DNA of 64,000 bases, from positions 1-64,000 of the IMG/VR virus record IMGVR_UViG_3300017684_000001. The stretch is one strand, 5' to 3'. The notes under the pieces are model-generated. The model was not told the DNA's origin. It did not search any database and saw only the letters and a program-made list of their open reading frames with translations. This DNA comes from a virus. Shown piece after piece: positions 9,315-18,549 of this stretch. The stretch's first letter is position 1, and each line of letters opens with the position of its first letter. The translations under genes were made by a program, and so were the position numbers.

Positions 9315-9631
9315 GCGTTGTCCGAGATGTAGAACAGGTGTGCGACAGAACCGAAGTCATCAAAACCAGGGACCTCTCCGGATCCTCGATCGGTCGTCAC
9401 GATCAGGCCGCCCGGAAAGCCGAGGTAGCGATACTGCGCGAGTAGATCGTCGCCCGAGACGAGCGGAACCCCTGCCAGGATCAGGTTGAACGCTGCGTCG
9501 GCGATATCGAGGATCCAGCACGCGCTCTGGGTGCAGTACGTCATCCGAAAGTTGTACCCGATCTCGTCGAGCGTGATCGAGAAGAACGTCGGATTCGACG
9601 GCTGAAGCGGGATCTCGTACGCGGTCTTCAT
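9311..9631 (-). CDS. small tail/baseplate assembly protein
   Basis: 106 aa. ATGA-type overlap with the downstream gene. Position only. Confidence 0.45.
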   Translation of the reverse strand: MKTAYEIPLQPSNPTFFSITLDEIGYNFRMTYCTQSACWILDIADAAFNLILAGVPLVSGDDLLAQYRYLGFPGGLIVTTDRGSGEVPGFDDFGSVAHLFYISDNA

Positions 9632-9634
9632 CGT

Positions 9635-10444
9635 CTACGTTCCCCCGAAGGTGCCGGTTGCGAACGGGTTATACCCTGGAGAAGCCGGAACCGTCGAAAC
9701 GACGTTACCGCCAGGTCCGGTTGCAATCAGCTCGCCGACGTCAGTCGAAACGAGCGGCGGCGCCGAGAGACCAGACAGCCCCGAGCCGACCGCGCCGAAC
9801 GACGAATCGCCGATCGAACCCGGCGCCGCCGCGCTCCCGGGATTTAGGTTCGACCCGGGGCCGTACGCGCCCGCGAACGACTGAGCATCGACCGGCCTTG
9901 CCTCGATCGTGCCGGAATTCGAGACACCGGCCGTCGAGGATGGGTTCGCTTGATCCGCTTGGCTTGCTGCCGGGCTCGCGGTCGTCGGGTCGCTCGCGGC
10001 GGATGCTGTCCGGACGATGTTGATGTTCACGCAAATCGCCGTGAACATTAGAACATTCTCGGACCGCGAATCGGTCGTCACGGCGATCGCTTGGATCACC
10101 ATGTTCTGATAGCCGCGCTTCCCTGTCGAGAGGAAGAACGGCCTCTTCGACGCTTTCAACTTAAGCAGCGCCTGATACTGCTCCTGGACATAACCGACGT
10201 ATCCCGCCGACGAGTTTGAGAACCCGCCGCGGATCTCGACACTCGGGGGCCGGTCGAAGATGTGGTCCGTGACGATCGCGCCGCCTTGGACCGGCTCGGC
10301 GGTAACGATCGATTCGTCGCGGTGCCCCTCCTCGATCACGACATCGGGATAGATCTCGCCGATCGAGCGACCGATCGGTTGAATCGAGGCGATCGCTCCG
10401 GACAGGGCGTTGATCGCAGGGCCGACAAGGTCTGTTAAGGCCAT
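9635..10444 (-). CDS. tail/baseplate protein following tape measure
   Basis: ORF track 9635..10483. ATG 10444 (MALTDLVGP) chosen because the tape measure gene stops at 10455. Confidence 0.5.
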   Translation of the reverse strand: MALTDLVGPAINALSGAIASIQPIGRSIGEIYPDVVIEEGHRDESIVTAEPVQGGAIVTDHIFDRPPSVEIRGGFSNSSAGYVGYVQEQYQALLKLKASKRPFFLSTGKRGYQNMVIQAIAVTTDSRSENVLMFTAICVNINIVRTASAASDPTTASPAASQADQANPSSTAGVSNSGTIEARPVDAQSFAGAYGPGSNLNPGSAAAPGSIGDSSFGAVGSGLSGLSAPPLVSTDVGELIATGPGGNVVSTVPASPGYNPFATGTFGGT

Positions 10445-10454
10445 CTCTGCGTCC

Positions 10455-12887
10455 TCACGCGATCGCCGACTGAGCGTTTTCAAGGCTCATTTGGTGGACG
10501 TTACGAAGGCTGCTCTCGACGACCTTCGCATGATCGGCCGGCCGCTCGACGCCGGAGATCTTCGTATCGTTGTGGATGTGCTGCGTGATCGAGCGCGCGT
10601 CGGTGGAGCTTGAATTCGAAGTCGCCCCTGGTCCAACTCCGGCCGGCATCGAAGGTTTGATCGAGTTCGGGTCGAAACCAGCGGGTGACATATTCGGCTT
10701 ATCGGATTTTGCGACGGGCGTCGCATCGCCCGCCTTCGGAACCGTTGGCGTCGGAGTAGAATTACCCGCCTCCCGCTTTTTCTCTTCTTCAAGCCACGGA
10801 CGGGTGCCGTTCCACTCGAAGTGCATCGGATCCTTCCGGCCCTTCCAATCCATGCCCCAAATCAGGCCGTATTTCTTTGCGAGTTTACGGACGTTGTCAG
10901 GAAGATCCGTGATCTGCGTTCCAAGCGGGTTCTTACCCGGGTTGAGATCGATCGCATTCCCGTAGGCGTGCTGAGACTTCCGATCGCCGCCGCGAACATT
11001 GCGATCATTGAAGCCGCCGAAGTCTTTGATGTTGTAGCCCTGCCCTTCAAGCTCCTTGATGAAGCCTTCGAACGAAGGCGCCGACGCCTTGTTGACGGAA
11101 GCGGAAAGACCGCTCTGGGTCCGAAGCTTGGTCAGGTTCTCGCCGGGCTGACCGTACTGGCCGTTCATCAAATTCGCTCGGACCGGTCCGCTCGTCGTCA
11201 AATCCGATTCGGCCGTTCCAGGCGTCCAACCCTCCTTCCGCTGTTGCGCATCGAGCAAACGGCCGCGCTGCTCCGTGTTCAGCGACGCGAGCGGCGTATC
11301 AACCGGGACGCCGGCCGCCTTCGCGAGGAGCTGTGCATACCCGTTCGGATCGTTGCCATCGCTCGCTGGCGCCCAGGTCTTGATCGCCTCGGCAATCGTC
11401 TTGTCCTTGTAGTTCTTACCTTCAAACAGGAGCTTCTCTTGGGCCTTCCTGCCGGCATCGTACGACGGGAATTTCGCGAAGCCCTTGTCGTCGGCCTCGG
11501 TCGCGCCGAGGCTTCGGGCCAAATCGCCCATCTTGATATTACCGGGGTTGTTGTTTCGCCACGCCCGCGAGCCGTCACCGGCTGCCGGAGCGTCCTTGCC
11601 ACCCATCGACTTCGGGAGGATCTTCTCCATGACCGTCCGGTCGTCCGGCGGAACGGCATTCCCAGTGTTCGCTCCTCCCGGTCCATTTGGCGCGACGGTT
11701 CCGCCCGAGAGCGCGTTCAGGGCCGCGACGGTCCGATCCGACGAGCCGAGGACGGTCTTCGTGTCGGAGAGGAGGTGAAGCATCTTCATGAGCTTCTCGA
11801 CCCCGTAGACGATCCGCTCGATCGTCTCCGCGAACCGAACCACGCGCGCCGTGAACGCGTCCCACTTCTTGATGAACCCGTCGCCGTCGTCGCCCGTGAT
11901 CGAGGCGATGAACTTCGCGATCCCTTCGGCGACCGCGATGATCGCATTCGAGATGTTCGTCAGGATCTTATCGAGCGCGCCGGGATTCGCCTCGACCCAA
12001 GCCTGAAACCGGTCGACGATCGCCGTGATCGCCGGGGCGAGCGCAGTCAGAAGCTTCTCGGCGAGAATACTGACCGTCGCACGGAGTTTACCCATCGCGC
12101 GCTCGAACTTGACCGAGTTGTCCGCGGCCTTCTCGGTATCGAGCCCGAACGTCTTCAGAAGTCCGTCGTACTGCGTCTTGTACGCCTTGATCGCGTCGCC
12201 CTGGCGCAGGAATTGGTTATAATTCTCCTCCGAGATCCCGAGCATCTCGGCGTACTGAACGCCGATCTCCTTTGGCTGTTTTCTCAGCGCGTCGAGCGTC
12301 GCGATGTACTTGTCGACGCCCTGAAGCTTGTCGTCGACGCCGAGTTCGCGGACGAACTGCCGAAGTCCGGGGTTATTGCGGATCTTGGTCGTGAACGAAT
12401 CGACCGAAGCTTGAGCCTGCTGTGCCGACCCTCCGGTCTGGGAGAACGCGTACCCGATCGCCTTGAGCGATTGAACAGACGTCCCGGCGCGTTCGGCCTG
12501 GAAGTACAGGTTGTCGAATGCGCCCGAGATCTTCGAGAGGGCGTACCCGATCGCTGTCGCCGCAGCGGCAGCCGCGATCGCGAGCTTCTCGAAGCCCTTG
12601 ATCAGGGCGGCGGCATCCTCCTTCCGCTTTTTCGCGAGTTCGTCTTCCTGCTTCTTCGCGTCCGCGGCCTTTGCCAACGCCTCGCGGGCGAGTTTTAGGT
12701 TCGTCTCGCGCGTGAGCTTCGCGATCTCTTCCTGGGTCTGCGCGCCGGCCCAGCGCGCGTCCTCGATCGCCTTCTCGGCGTCGACGACGGCCTTCTCGTA
12801 GTCCTTGAGAGAACGCTTGAACTCGGACCCGCCTTTCGTGGCGAATCCGAGCGAGATCAGGTAAGACTTGAGGACGCTGTCAGCCAT
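10455..12887 (-). CDS. tail tape measure protein with C-terminal M15-type peptidoglycan peptidase domain
   Basis: 810 aa. N-terminal coiled-coil/hydrophobic regions. KSQHAYGNAIDLNPG ... DPMHFEW (about 10810-11060) matches the zinc-ligand pattern of VanY/M15 peptidases. Confidence 0.85.
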   Translation of the reverse strand: MADSVLKSYLISLGFATKGGSEFKRSLKDYEKAVVDAEKAIEDARWAGAQTQEEIAKLTRETNLKLAREALAKAADAKKQEDELAKKRKEDAAALIKGFEKLAIAAAAAATAIGYALSKISGAFDNLYFQAERAGTSVQSLKAIGYAFSQTGGSAQQAQASVDSFTTKIRNNPGLRQFVRELGVDDKLQGVDKYIATLDALRKQPKEIGVQYAEMLGISEENYNQFLRQGDAIKAYKTQYDGLLKTFGLDTEKAADNSVKFERAMGKLRATVSILAEKLLTALAPAITAIVDRFQAWVEANPGALDKILTNISNAIIAVAEGIAKFIASITGDDGDGFIKKWDAFTARVVRFAETIERIVYGVEKLMKMLHLLSDTKTVLGSSDRTVAALNALSGGTVAPNGPGGANTGNAVPPDDRTVMEKILPKSMGGKDAPAAGDGSRAWRNNNPGNIKMGDLARSLGATEADDKGFAKFPSYDAGRKAQEKLLFEGKNYKDKTIAEAIKTWAPASDGNDPNGYAQLLAKAAGVPVDTPLASLNTEQRGRLLDAQQRKEGWTPGTAESDLTTSGPVRANLMNGQYGQPGENLTKLRTQSGLSASVNKASAPSFEGFIKELEGQGYNIKDFGGFNDRNVRGGDRKSQHAYGNAIDLNPGKNPLGTQITDLPDNVRKLAKKYGLIWGMDWKGRKDPMHFEWNGTRPWLEEEKKREAGNSTPTPTVPKAGDATPVAKSDKPNMSPAGFDPNSIKPSMPAGVGPGATSNSSSTDARSITQHIHNDTKISGVERPADHAKVVESSLRNVHQMSLENAQSAIA

Positions 12888-13122
12888 TTTTCATCGCCAC
12901 GCGGAGGCGTCCCTGATTCTCGTTCGCGATCGAGATGTAGTCGTTGATCTCCGCGATATCCTCGATCAGAATCGTGCCGTCTTTAAGCTGAGGATACGTA
13001 TAAAAGCCGAGATCTATCGGCTTCATATACCATTCCTCACCATTCGGCATGTAAACGAAGTCTACATTCGGAACGTCTGAGTCGCCCCGCCGGAGAAACT
13101 CGACAGGGCTTCGCGAAAAAGC
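12880..13122 (-). CDS. -1 frame extension of the tail assembly chaperone (candidate G-T type fusion) or an independent 56-aa ORF
   Basis: ORF 12880..13275 is in the -1 frame relative to 13062..13490 and overlaps its 3' end. It lies between the tube and tape measure genes. An alternative ATG is at 13050. Confidence 0.35.
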   Translation of the reverse strand, partial: AFSRSPVEFLRRGDSDVPNVDFVYMPNGEEWYMKPIDLGFYTYPQLKDGTILIEDIAEINDYISIANENQGRLRVAMKNG

Positions 13123-13490
13123 GGTTCGAAATTGAACCCCATAACCCGCGCCGCGATCGCCAACATGAGATAGGCGTCGTCGCCGATCTCGTCGTACATG
13201 AATTCGAGTCGGTCGACCGAGGCGAGGATCTTCGGCCAGCCGCCGTCGCGCTTCACCGAGACGACCGAAAGACACTTCGTCAGAACGTACTCGGTCGAAG
13301 CGTCGTCGAGCTTCGACATATTCGCGATGATCTCTTCGACGAGATCGTCGTGGATCCCGTTCTTTGCCGCCGCAACGAGGGGCGAGATCGCCGGCCCGGC
13401 GCGACGGAGAACGTGGACCTGAACGATCCCGCTCATCTTCTTACACCGGTACGTCTCGCCCCGGATTTCGAACTCGTGCTCGGCGCTCAT
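13062..13490 (-). CDS. tail assembly chaperone
   Basis: 142 aa ORF between the tube and tape measure genes, overlapped by a -1 frame ORF. Confidence 0.55.
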   Translation of the reverse strand: MSAEHEFEIRGETYRCKKMSGIVQVHVLRRAGPAISPLVAAAKNGIHDDLVEEIIANMSKLDDASTEYVLTKCLSVVSVKRDGGWPKILASVDRLEFMYDEIGDDAYLMLAIAARVMGFNFEPLFREALSSFSGGATQTFRM

Positions 13491-13502
13491 CTTCGACCTT
13501 CG

Positions 13503-13961
13503 TTAGGTCGCCAGCGTCCCGTCTCCGAGCACGGTGTCGACCAGAATGAAATTCATGACCCATTCCAGGATACCGCCTTCTTTCGCCTTCGTAAAATCGG
13601 GCTGTTTGACGAAAGCGCCGTACTGACAGATGTGGTCGTCGCCCCAGACCGGATTCGAGACGATCAAGGTGTTCTGGCCGGTCCGGGCCGAGGACTCGGC
13701 CTGGAAATTGTACATATCGTTGATGCGCTTCCGATTCGGCGAGTTCTGAAGGATCCGGATTGTGACCCGGCCGGCCTTCGCGGCGTGCAGCGAGTGCATG
13801 CCGTCGCCCGAGGCGCCCGTCACCATAGAGGTCTTGTCGTCGATCATCGCGACGGTGATTCCCTCGTCGGCGACGCCCTGGTCGGAAAGTGAGAACGCCC
13901 CGCCCGGACCCTTGATCGTGGCGGAGATATCCTTGAACGAGTAGGCGATAGGCGCGGTCAT
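13503..13961 (-). CDS. tail tube protein (DUF3277-like)
   Basis: 152 aa directly after the sheath gene. Sequence recalls DUF3277 tube proteins (from memory). Confidence 0.6.
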   Translation of the reverse strand: MTAPIAYSFKDISATIKGPGGAFSLSDQGVADEGITVAMIDDKTSMVTGASGDGMHSLHAAKAGRVTIRILQNSPNRKRINDMYNFQAESSARTGQNTLIVSNPVWGDDHICQYGAFVKQPDFTKAKEGGILEWVMNFILVDTVLGDGTLAT

Positions 13962-13987
13962 GTCGGGATCCTTAAATCGGGTTGGCG

Positions 13988-15502
13988 TTAGCGATCGAGG
14001 AACGCCGACATATTGATGATGTGGACGGCATCGGCGAGCTTAACGCAGATCTGGAACGGGACCGAGATCCGCGCAGCCCGATCCGAATCCGACAACTGAG
14101 CGACGTCCGGCGCGTAGATGTAGAAACCGGTCGACAGCGTGTCGCCGGTCTTGAGCGTCCCGACCGGAGGGCCGGTCCAGATCCCGCCGGCCGCAAACAG
14201 GCCGTTGTTCACGCCGATCTGGCATGCCGCCGCGATCGTCGTCTTGATCTGGGTCATCCCGTCATTAGTCTGCGGGATCTTGGTCGGTGTCGTGTAGAGG
14301 AGGTTGTAGCAGTCCGTCTGAAGCCGGTTCTGGAACCAGTCCATCCCGACGCGCTCGTCGATGTAGTCCCCGTTCGCCATGATACCGGGGAACACGACCT
14401 GCGTCCCGTTCCGAACCCGAGCGAAGACGTTGCAGTTCTTCGACTTCAGCGTGACGAACTGATTCTCGTTGATCCCGTCGGGGGCGACGCCGGGCTCTTG
14501 CTTGTAGGCGAGGGTAATTGCGGTGTTCGAGCCCTCGTAGTTGACGGTCGCGATCCGAGCGAACAGCGACGCCGCGGCGTACGCGCTTGATCCGGAATAC
14601 TGCGACAGCGTCCGCGCGAGCCCGAGGGACTGGAAGGTCGAGGCGAGGTCCGACGAGGTCGTCCCATCGAGAACGTTCGCGTTGACGATCGTGTCGGCGA
14701 AAATCTTCGCCTGCGAATCCGACAGCGCCTCGATCATCGAAGCGACCGCGATCTGATCCGAATCGGTCGGCGGGGTGACGGCGGCCGGGATCAGGGCGTA
14801 CCAAGCGTTCGAGATCGCGGCGAGCGCGGCGACGGCCGAAAGGAAGCTCTCGGCCGGAACGCCGACGACGGGCGCTGAGGCGTCGAGCGTCGTCAGGTGA
14901 AGAAGTGGACCGAGATCGGTTCCGCTGGGGGCGACCGTCGCGTAACCGACCGAGGATCCTGACCCGCTGGTTCCGGAGGCGACTTCGAAGCGCCGATACG
15001 AGGCGTTCCAGAGAACCACCGCGCCGGGGTTCAGGGCCTGGAATGCCGTCTGAACCGCCGCGGCGACGCCGTTCAGATTGAGCGCGGTCGTCAGATTGAT
15101 CCCGGTCAGGTTCCGCGCCGTACCATCGACGAGGATCGAGAGCGCACCGTTGGAAATCGTGTTGAAGTTCGAAAGCTGCGACTGAACGCCGTTCAGCGTC
15201 GCGCCGCGGATATGGCCCTTCGTCGCGGTCTGCGCCCAACGCGCGATATAGAGGTCGCCGGGCTGCGGGCGCTGCGAGAAATAGATCGTCGCGGCGGCGA
15301 CCTCGGGCGAGTTGACGGGAAAGTCCTGCTGAACGCCCGTCAGATCCGAATAGTACCGGAGACGCTCGGCAGTATCGATCACGGACGGGGTCGAACCGAT
15401 GATCGCGGCGACGCCGAAGTTTCGGTAGAGAGCCGCGGAGGGCGATAGCGTTACGGAGGTCCGGACAAAGTCCGAAACGTTCAGGCCGTCGTTCGCGAGC
15501 AT
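13988..15502 (-). CDS. contractile tail sheath protein (DUF3383-like)
   Basis: 504 aa. Position before the tube gene. N-terminus ...VRTSVTLSPSAALYRNFGVAAIIG recalls DUF3383. Confidence 0.65.
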   Translation of the reverse strand: MLANDGLNVSDFVRTSVTLSPSAALYRNFGVAAIIGSTPSVIDTAERLRYYSDLTGVQQDFPVNSPEVAAATIYFSQRPQPGDLYIARWAQTATKGHIRGATLNGVQSQLSNFNTISNGALSILVDGTARNLTGINLTTALNLNGVAAAVQTAFQALNPGAVVLWNASYRRFEVASGTSGSGSSVGYATVAPSGTDLGPLLHLTTLDASAPVVGVPAESFLSAVAALAAISNAWYALIPAAVTPPTDSDQIAVASMIEALSDSQAKIFADTIVNANVLDGTTSSDLASTFQSLGLARTLSQYSGSSAYAAASLFARIATVNYEGSNTAITLAYKQEPGVAPDGINENQFVTLKSKNCNVFARVRNGTQVVFPGIMANGDYIDERVGMDWFQNRLQTDCYNLLYTTPTKIPQTNDGMTQIKTTIAAACQIGVNNGLFAAGGIWTGPPVGTLKTGDTLSTGFYIYAPDVAQLSDSDRAARISVPFQICVKLADAVHIINMSAFLDR

Positions 15503-15510
15503 TTCGAATC

Positions 15511-15526
15511 CGCCGGCCGACCGGCG
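15511..15526 (-). other. GC hairpin just upstream of the sheath start codon
   Basis: CGCCGG-CCGA-CCGGCG, 6 bp stem, in the 53 nt gap before ATG 15502. No U-run. Confidence 0.4.
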
Positions 15527-15555
15527 CCCCTTATCTGAGTGAATATGTCTTTACG

Positions 15556-16221
15556 TTACGAGCCGCCACTGGTCGAGGGAGATGGTAGGCGGGTCTTGAA
15601 CGGTTGAATTTTCGTGTCCGGATCTTCCGGCGGTCCGTTGGCAGAAACAACAGCCCCGCGTGCGCCAAGAATATTGCGGATAAGATACACACGCTCGATC
15701 GACTGCACGAGACGGAACGAAAGATCCGATCGACGCCGGATCCCGGCCGCTACGAGACCGGGAACCTTCCGAATTGGCTCGACGTCGAGAAAATTGAGCC
15801 CGAGGGCGCGAAGAGCGAAACGGTTCTGATCGATATCGAACGCATCGAAAATAAGGCGCGCAATGCCGTTGCTCTTCGGTCCGTAACAGGACACGAGGAC
15901 GTCAAGTGTGTAGTACTGGTGAAGTGCAGTCGAGCCATCACCGTCCGAATTGTGCGCCTGAATCGCTCGGGTCGACATCGGCGTTGACGTCATGACCCCG
16001 ACAGAAACCCAGTTGTACTGGACGTCGGGCTCGCGAAAGCCCGAGCCGGGCTGATCACGAGGGATCACGAGCGACTGATCCATGCCCGTGATCCCGGCAA
16101 TCACGGCGGCAAGCGCCGAATCGAGCGCGAGATCGTCGAGAACGTTCGGAGATGCCGGACCGAGCGGCCCGGGGGACGCCGAAGAGTTCGTCGGGTTCCC
16201 GATCGGGATGTTATTGATCAA
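15556..16221 (-). CDS. neck / tail terminator-position protein
   Basis: 221 aa ORF between connector-type genes and the sheath. Position only. Confidence 0.4.
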   Translation of the reverse strand: MINNIPIGNPTNSSASPGPLGPASPNVLDDLALDSALAAVIAGITGMDQSLVIPRDQPGSGFREPDVQYNWVSVGVMTSTPMSTRAIQAHNSDGDGSTALHQYYTLDVLVSCYGPKSNGIARLIFDAFDIDQNRFALRALGLNFLDVEPIRKVPGLVAAGIRRRSDLSFRLVQSIERVYLIRNILGARGAVVSANGPPEDPDTKIQPFKTRLPSPSTSGGS

Positions 16222-16666
16222 GGAACCCTCCCGACGCGGGAGGGAGCGAGGGCGTCGTATCGCCGGCCGGTGTCTCGGGAACCGGGTTGATCGAGGTCAT
16301 CTTCGCCTGAGCTTTCACCCAGCCAGATCCGTAGAGGTACGGTTTGACCGAGATCACGCGATACTCACGTCCGGCATATCGAACGAGGTCGGCCGTGTAG
16401 CCTGTCCCACCGAGCGAGAGCGGGAAACGGGTGATGATCTTTATGTCAGCCTGGATCCCGACGCCATTCGAGGAGATGACGAGATCGCGGCCCGGGTCGG
16501 GCGTTACGATCGCGTTGACGACGACGCCGCCTGGAACCGTCGCGGTCACGAGCGCGAGACCGCCGGGGCCGATCTGTTCAGTCGAGCGGAGGACCGCGAT
16601 CGGCGTGATGAAATCCGGATCGTCGATGACGTCCGAGGCCGGATCGAAGGCGGCGTAGACGCTCAT
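16211..16666 (-). CDS. head-tail joining protein (position-based)
   Basis: 151 aa. Overlapping start/stop with neighbours. Confidence 0.4.
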   Translation of the reverse strand: MSVYAAFDPASDVIDDPDFITPIAVLRSTEQIGPGGLALVTATVPGGVVVNAIVTPDPGRDLVISSNGVGIQADIKIITRFPLSLGGTGYTADLVRYAGREYRVISVKPYLYGSGWVKAQAKMTSINPVPETPAGDTTPSLPPASGGFLDQ

Positions 16667-17184
16667 ACGCCTCTCCGCGCGACGACGTAGGTCACAGCCT
16701 GCCGGAATTGTCCGCTGTCGATAAGCGGCTTGGTCGACGTCCGGCCGCGCGATAGGCGAGCCTTGATCGTCCGATCGGCGAGCGGCGCGAACGTTCCGTC
16801 GGTGATCTCGGCACGAACCGACGCCTGTCCAATGAGGCCGGCCGCCGCGAGACCGGCATCGACGCCCGCCGAATCGCCTGAGATCGCAGCGATCGCCGCC
16901 TTCGCGAGTTGCTTCTCGATTCGCTCAGAAGCCTTCTCGATCCCGGGAACGAGCGTCGGCCGGGCCGGCATGTTCTTGTCCGGGGCGCCGGTCTCCATGA
17001 GATAGCCGATCAGGGCATTCGACGGAGGCGTGCCCTCTTCGCCGTCCTCGGGCTGGCGCTCGGCGCCAGTGTCCGGAATGCCGATCAGGACGCGCGACTT
17101 TACTAGGGCGTCGATATCCCGGAACAACTCGGACGTCGCATCGGTGACGATCTTCAGGGTCACTACAGCCTCCGCGGTCCGCAA
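16663..17184 (-). CDS. head-tail adaptor-position protein
   Basis: 173 aa. An alternative GTG start at 17163 overlaps the upstream TAG by 1 nt. Confidence 0.4.
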   Translation of the reverse strand: MRTAEAVVTLKIVTDATSELFRDIDALVKSRVLIGIPDTGAERQPEDGEEGTPPSNALIGYLMETGAPDKNMPARPTLVPGIEKASERIEKQLAKAAIAAISGDSAGVDAGLAAAGLIGQASVRAEITDGTFAPLADRTIKARLSRGRTSTKPLIDSGQFRQAVTYVVARRGV

Positions 17185-17597
17185 GGGAATGCGCGCGGCG
17201 AGACCCGATACAGCGGTCCGGTATTCGCACCCTGAAGCATCTTATAGAGCCGCTGACCGTACGACGTCGCGTTCCAGGGGCCAGCCCCGGAAATCGCCAC
17301 GAGGCCGTTGTCGTACGACTTCGAGATGCCATCGACCGCCTTGGATGCGACCGGGGCGAGAGATACGGCCGCGGCCCCGCCGGGGGCGATCGCTTCTGCG
17401 CGTTTCGCGGGGACGGAGAGGGCGAGGTTGTGGGCTGCGAACAGCATGATCGCGAGATCGATCTGGCGCCCGAACCGAGCGGGCGCCAGAGAGAGCGAAG
17501 CTTGATTGATCCAGAACGCGACTTGGGCGTCCGGGTACGTATCGACGTTCCCGAACTCCGGGAACGCGACGACGAGCGCGTCCCTGTCGACGGTCAT
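17163..17597 (-). CDS. head-tail connector protein, DUF4054-like
   Basis: 144 aa. VVAFPEFGNVDTYPDAQVAFWINQA...LFAAHNLAL recalls DUF4054. Confidence 0.5.
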   Translation of the reverse strand: MTVDRDALVVAFPEFGNVDTYPDAQVAFWINQASLSLAPARFGRQIDLAIMLFAAHNLALSVPAKRAEAIAPGGAAAVSLAPVASKAVDGISKSYDNGLVAISGAGPWNATSYGQRLYKMLQGANTGPLYRVSPRAFPCGPRRL

Positions 17598-17606
17598 CTC
17601 GACCCC

Positions 17607-18089
17607 TTACTTCTTCGCGGGCTCGCCGACGGGAGCGACAGTGGCGCCGGTCTTCGGCTCGGCCTCGCCGGGCTGGGAGGCCTTGCGGGGCTCGCCAGGG
17701 CCGTCGTTCGGCTTGCCCGGACCCTTCTCGGTCATGTCCTGAGCCTTGACCTTGCCGGCCGAAGCCTTCTCGGTCGAGCCGGAACCCTTGGCGCCCTTCA
17801 GGAACGCCTCATGGCCGAACTCTTCCTCGCCCTGGGCTTCGTCGCCGACGGAGATGACGCCGGAGCGCATCAGGTCGCCGTTCTTGTTCTCCTTGGCCCA
17901 AGCCTCGAACGCCTCGGCCTCGTCGCCGGTCAGTTCGGTCACGGCAGCGACGCCGGGCCGGCCCGAAGAGGCGAGGGTGAAGGAACGCAGAGGAGCCGCG
18001 TCGCCGGGCTTATCCGGGTTCGGGTTCGGCTCCATCAGGGTCAGACCGGTGTGAGCCGTGCTGCTGACGAAAATCGACTTCTTGGACAT
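17607..18089 (-). CDS. capsid-module protein, unknown (charged, Pro/Gly/Lys-rich C-terminus)
   Basis: 160 aa ORF in the head gene block. Confidence 0.45.
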   Translation of the reverse strand: MSKKSIFVSSTAHTGLTLMEPNPNPDKPGDAAPLRSFTLASSGRPGVAAVTELTGDEAEAFEAWAKENKNGDLMRSGVISVGDEAQGEEEFGHEAFLKGAKGSGSTEKASAGKVKAQDMTEKGPGKPNDGPGEPRKASQPGEAEPKTGATVAPVGEPAKK

Positions 18090-18099
18090 GGGTCGCGCC

Positions 18100-18543
18100 T
18101 CACTTCTTCTCGTCGGGCTTGATCTTCCCTGAGAACTCGGTCGGAAGATCGGTCATGCGGATGCCTTCGAGGCCGGAGAACCCGGCCGCGCCCTCACGGG
18201 CGTATCCCTTCGCGCGAGACTCGCTCTCGAACGCCGCGACGAGGCCGCGCTTGATCGGCTCCCAGTCCTCGTTGTCCCGGAGGAACGCGTCCCAGAGATC
18301 CTTCGGGACGTCAGGTGTGATCCCGTAACCGGCGACCACGGTCTGACGCTCGGTCTCGTCGGCCGGATCTCGGGAGACCGCGAACCCCGCCACCCGGAAT
18401 TTCTGGCCGGTATAGCGCGAACGCTCCACCTTCCGAGACGGGTCCGACTGCGTCGGCTCCGCGACGGCGAATCGCTCCTGCGCTTGCAGGACGAAGCCGT
18501 GAGGAAGCCGACAGGCAATGGCGACGGTGTTCGAGGTTCCCAT
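18100..18543 (-). CDS. capsid-module protein, unknown
   Basis: 147 aa ORF directly after the major capsid gene. Confidence 0.5.
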   Translation of the reverse strand: MGTSNTVAIACRLPHGFVLQAQERFAVAEPTQSDPSRKVERSRYTGQKFRVAGFAVSRDPADETERQTVVAGYGITPDVPKDLWDAFLRDNEDWEPIKRGLVAAFESESRAKGYAREGAAGFSGLEGIRMTDLPTEFSGKIKPDEKK

Positions 18544-18549
18544 AGGATC

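Noticed and set aside
10821-12698. Very long ORFs antisense to recognisable genes. Examples: 10821-12698 (+), 18484-19857 (+), 24490-26193 (+), 34978-37281 (+), 47029-48498 (-), 53416-54630 (-), 22580-23674 (+).
   Set aside because: They are Arg/Pro/Gly/Asp-rich with no motifs. Each lies opposite an ORF with clear domain signatures (tape measure, capsid, terminase, DnaE, SNF2...). Long shadow ORFs are expected in GC-rich DNA.
15501-15512. TTCGAATCC, a tRNA T-arm-like string in the gap upstream of the sheath gene.
   Set aside because: No acceptor stem, D-arm or anticodon arm can be drawn around it. The gap is only 53 nt. No other tRNA-like sequence was noticed in the intergenic gaps I inspected.
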